From assembly GCF_009914755.1 (NCBI RefSeq), contig NC_060926.1: a stretch of 64,000 bases of DNA; one strand, written 5' to 3'. Below the pieces are notes generated by a model. The model was not told where the DNA came from and ran no database searches. It was given only the letters and a program-made list of their open reading frames with translations. Shown in pieces: positions 63,642-64,000 of this stretch; positions within the stretch are counted from its first letter, which is position 1, and each line of letters starts with the position of its first letter. A program made the translations under genes and the position numbers. This stretch comes from the human T2T-CHM13v2.0 reference genome, Homo sapiens.

Positions 63642-63753
63642 CCTCCTCGTCTCTCTTGGCGGATTCTCTGTGTGCCCTGTGTGCACCCGCTGCTCATCCT
63701 CCTCGTCTCTCTTGGCGGATTCTCTGTGTGCCCTGTGTGCACCCGCTGCTCAT
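63642..63753. repeat. Perfect 56-bp tandem duplication
   Basis: cctcctcgtctctcttggcggattctctgtgtgccctgtgtgcacccgctgctcat at 63642-63697 and 63698-63753. Confidence 0.98.
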
Positions 63754-64000
63754 CTGACCCCTGAGTTCCTGAGGCCTGGATCATGGGCAGTGGCCTCTCC
63801 CCCTGGGCCCTGGAACTTGACCCCATCTGTCCAGGCTGACCATAGGGCCAAGCGTCCCTGAGCCACAGCGTCAGTGACTCCGGACTCTGGCCATCCTTGT
63901 CCAAGATTTTCTTTGGATCTAGCCAACTTTTGATTATGACCATGCAGCAAGTCTTCACACCACAGCCTGGCCCCATCAAATGTCATCCAATCCAACCCAG

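Overview
Primate genomic DNA (AluY and L1PA present, so catarrhine/ape-like; species and locus not identifiable from the sequence alone). I see no credible protein-coding gene, tRNA, rRNA or CRISPR array. The ORF track is made of chance ORFs, microsatellite ORFs and broken L1/Alu frames. Most of the window is interspersed repeats: 15 Alus, a near full-length decayed L1PA (50.1-56.4 kb), a truncated L1PA, many old L1M pieces, L2/MIR/L3, eight solo LTRs and several DNA-transposon MITEs. The unique DNA holds an apparently orphan CpG island (core about 26.65-27.6 kb, CpG-rich shoulder from 24.4 kb) bracketed by AT-rich homeodomain-site clusters. It also holds a duplicated two-block motif with a fixed-length, diverged spacer (4.67-4.78 kb), a near-perfect RFX X-box and a strong CTCF motif. 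Several well-formed + strand exon candidates, together with antisense-biased LTRs, suggest a long non-coding or intronic + strand transcription unit in a developmental-enhancer landscape. Repeat subfamily calls and old-repeat boundaries were made by eye and are approximate. I found no evidence for a new multi-gene system; the best leads are regulatory and structural.
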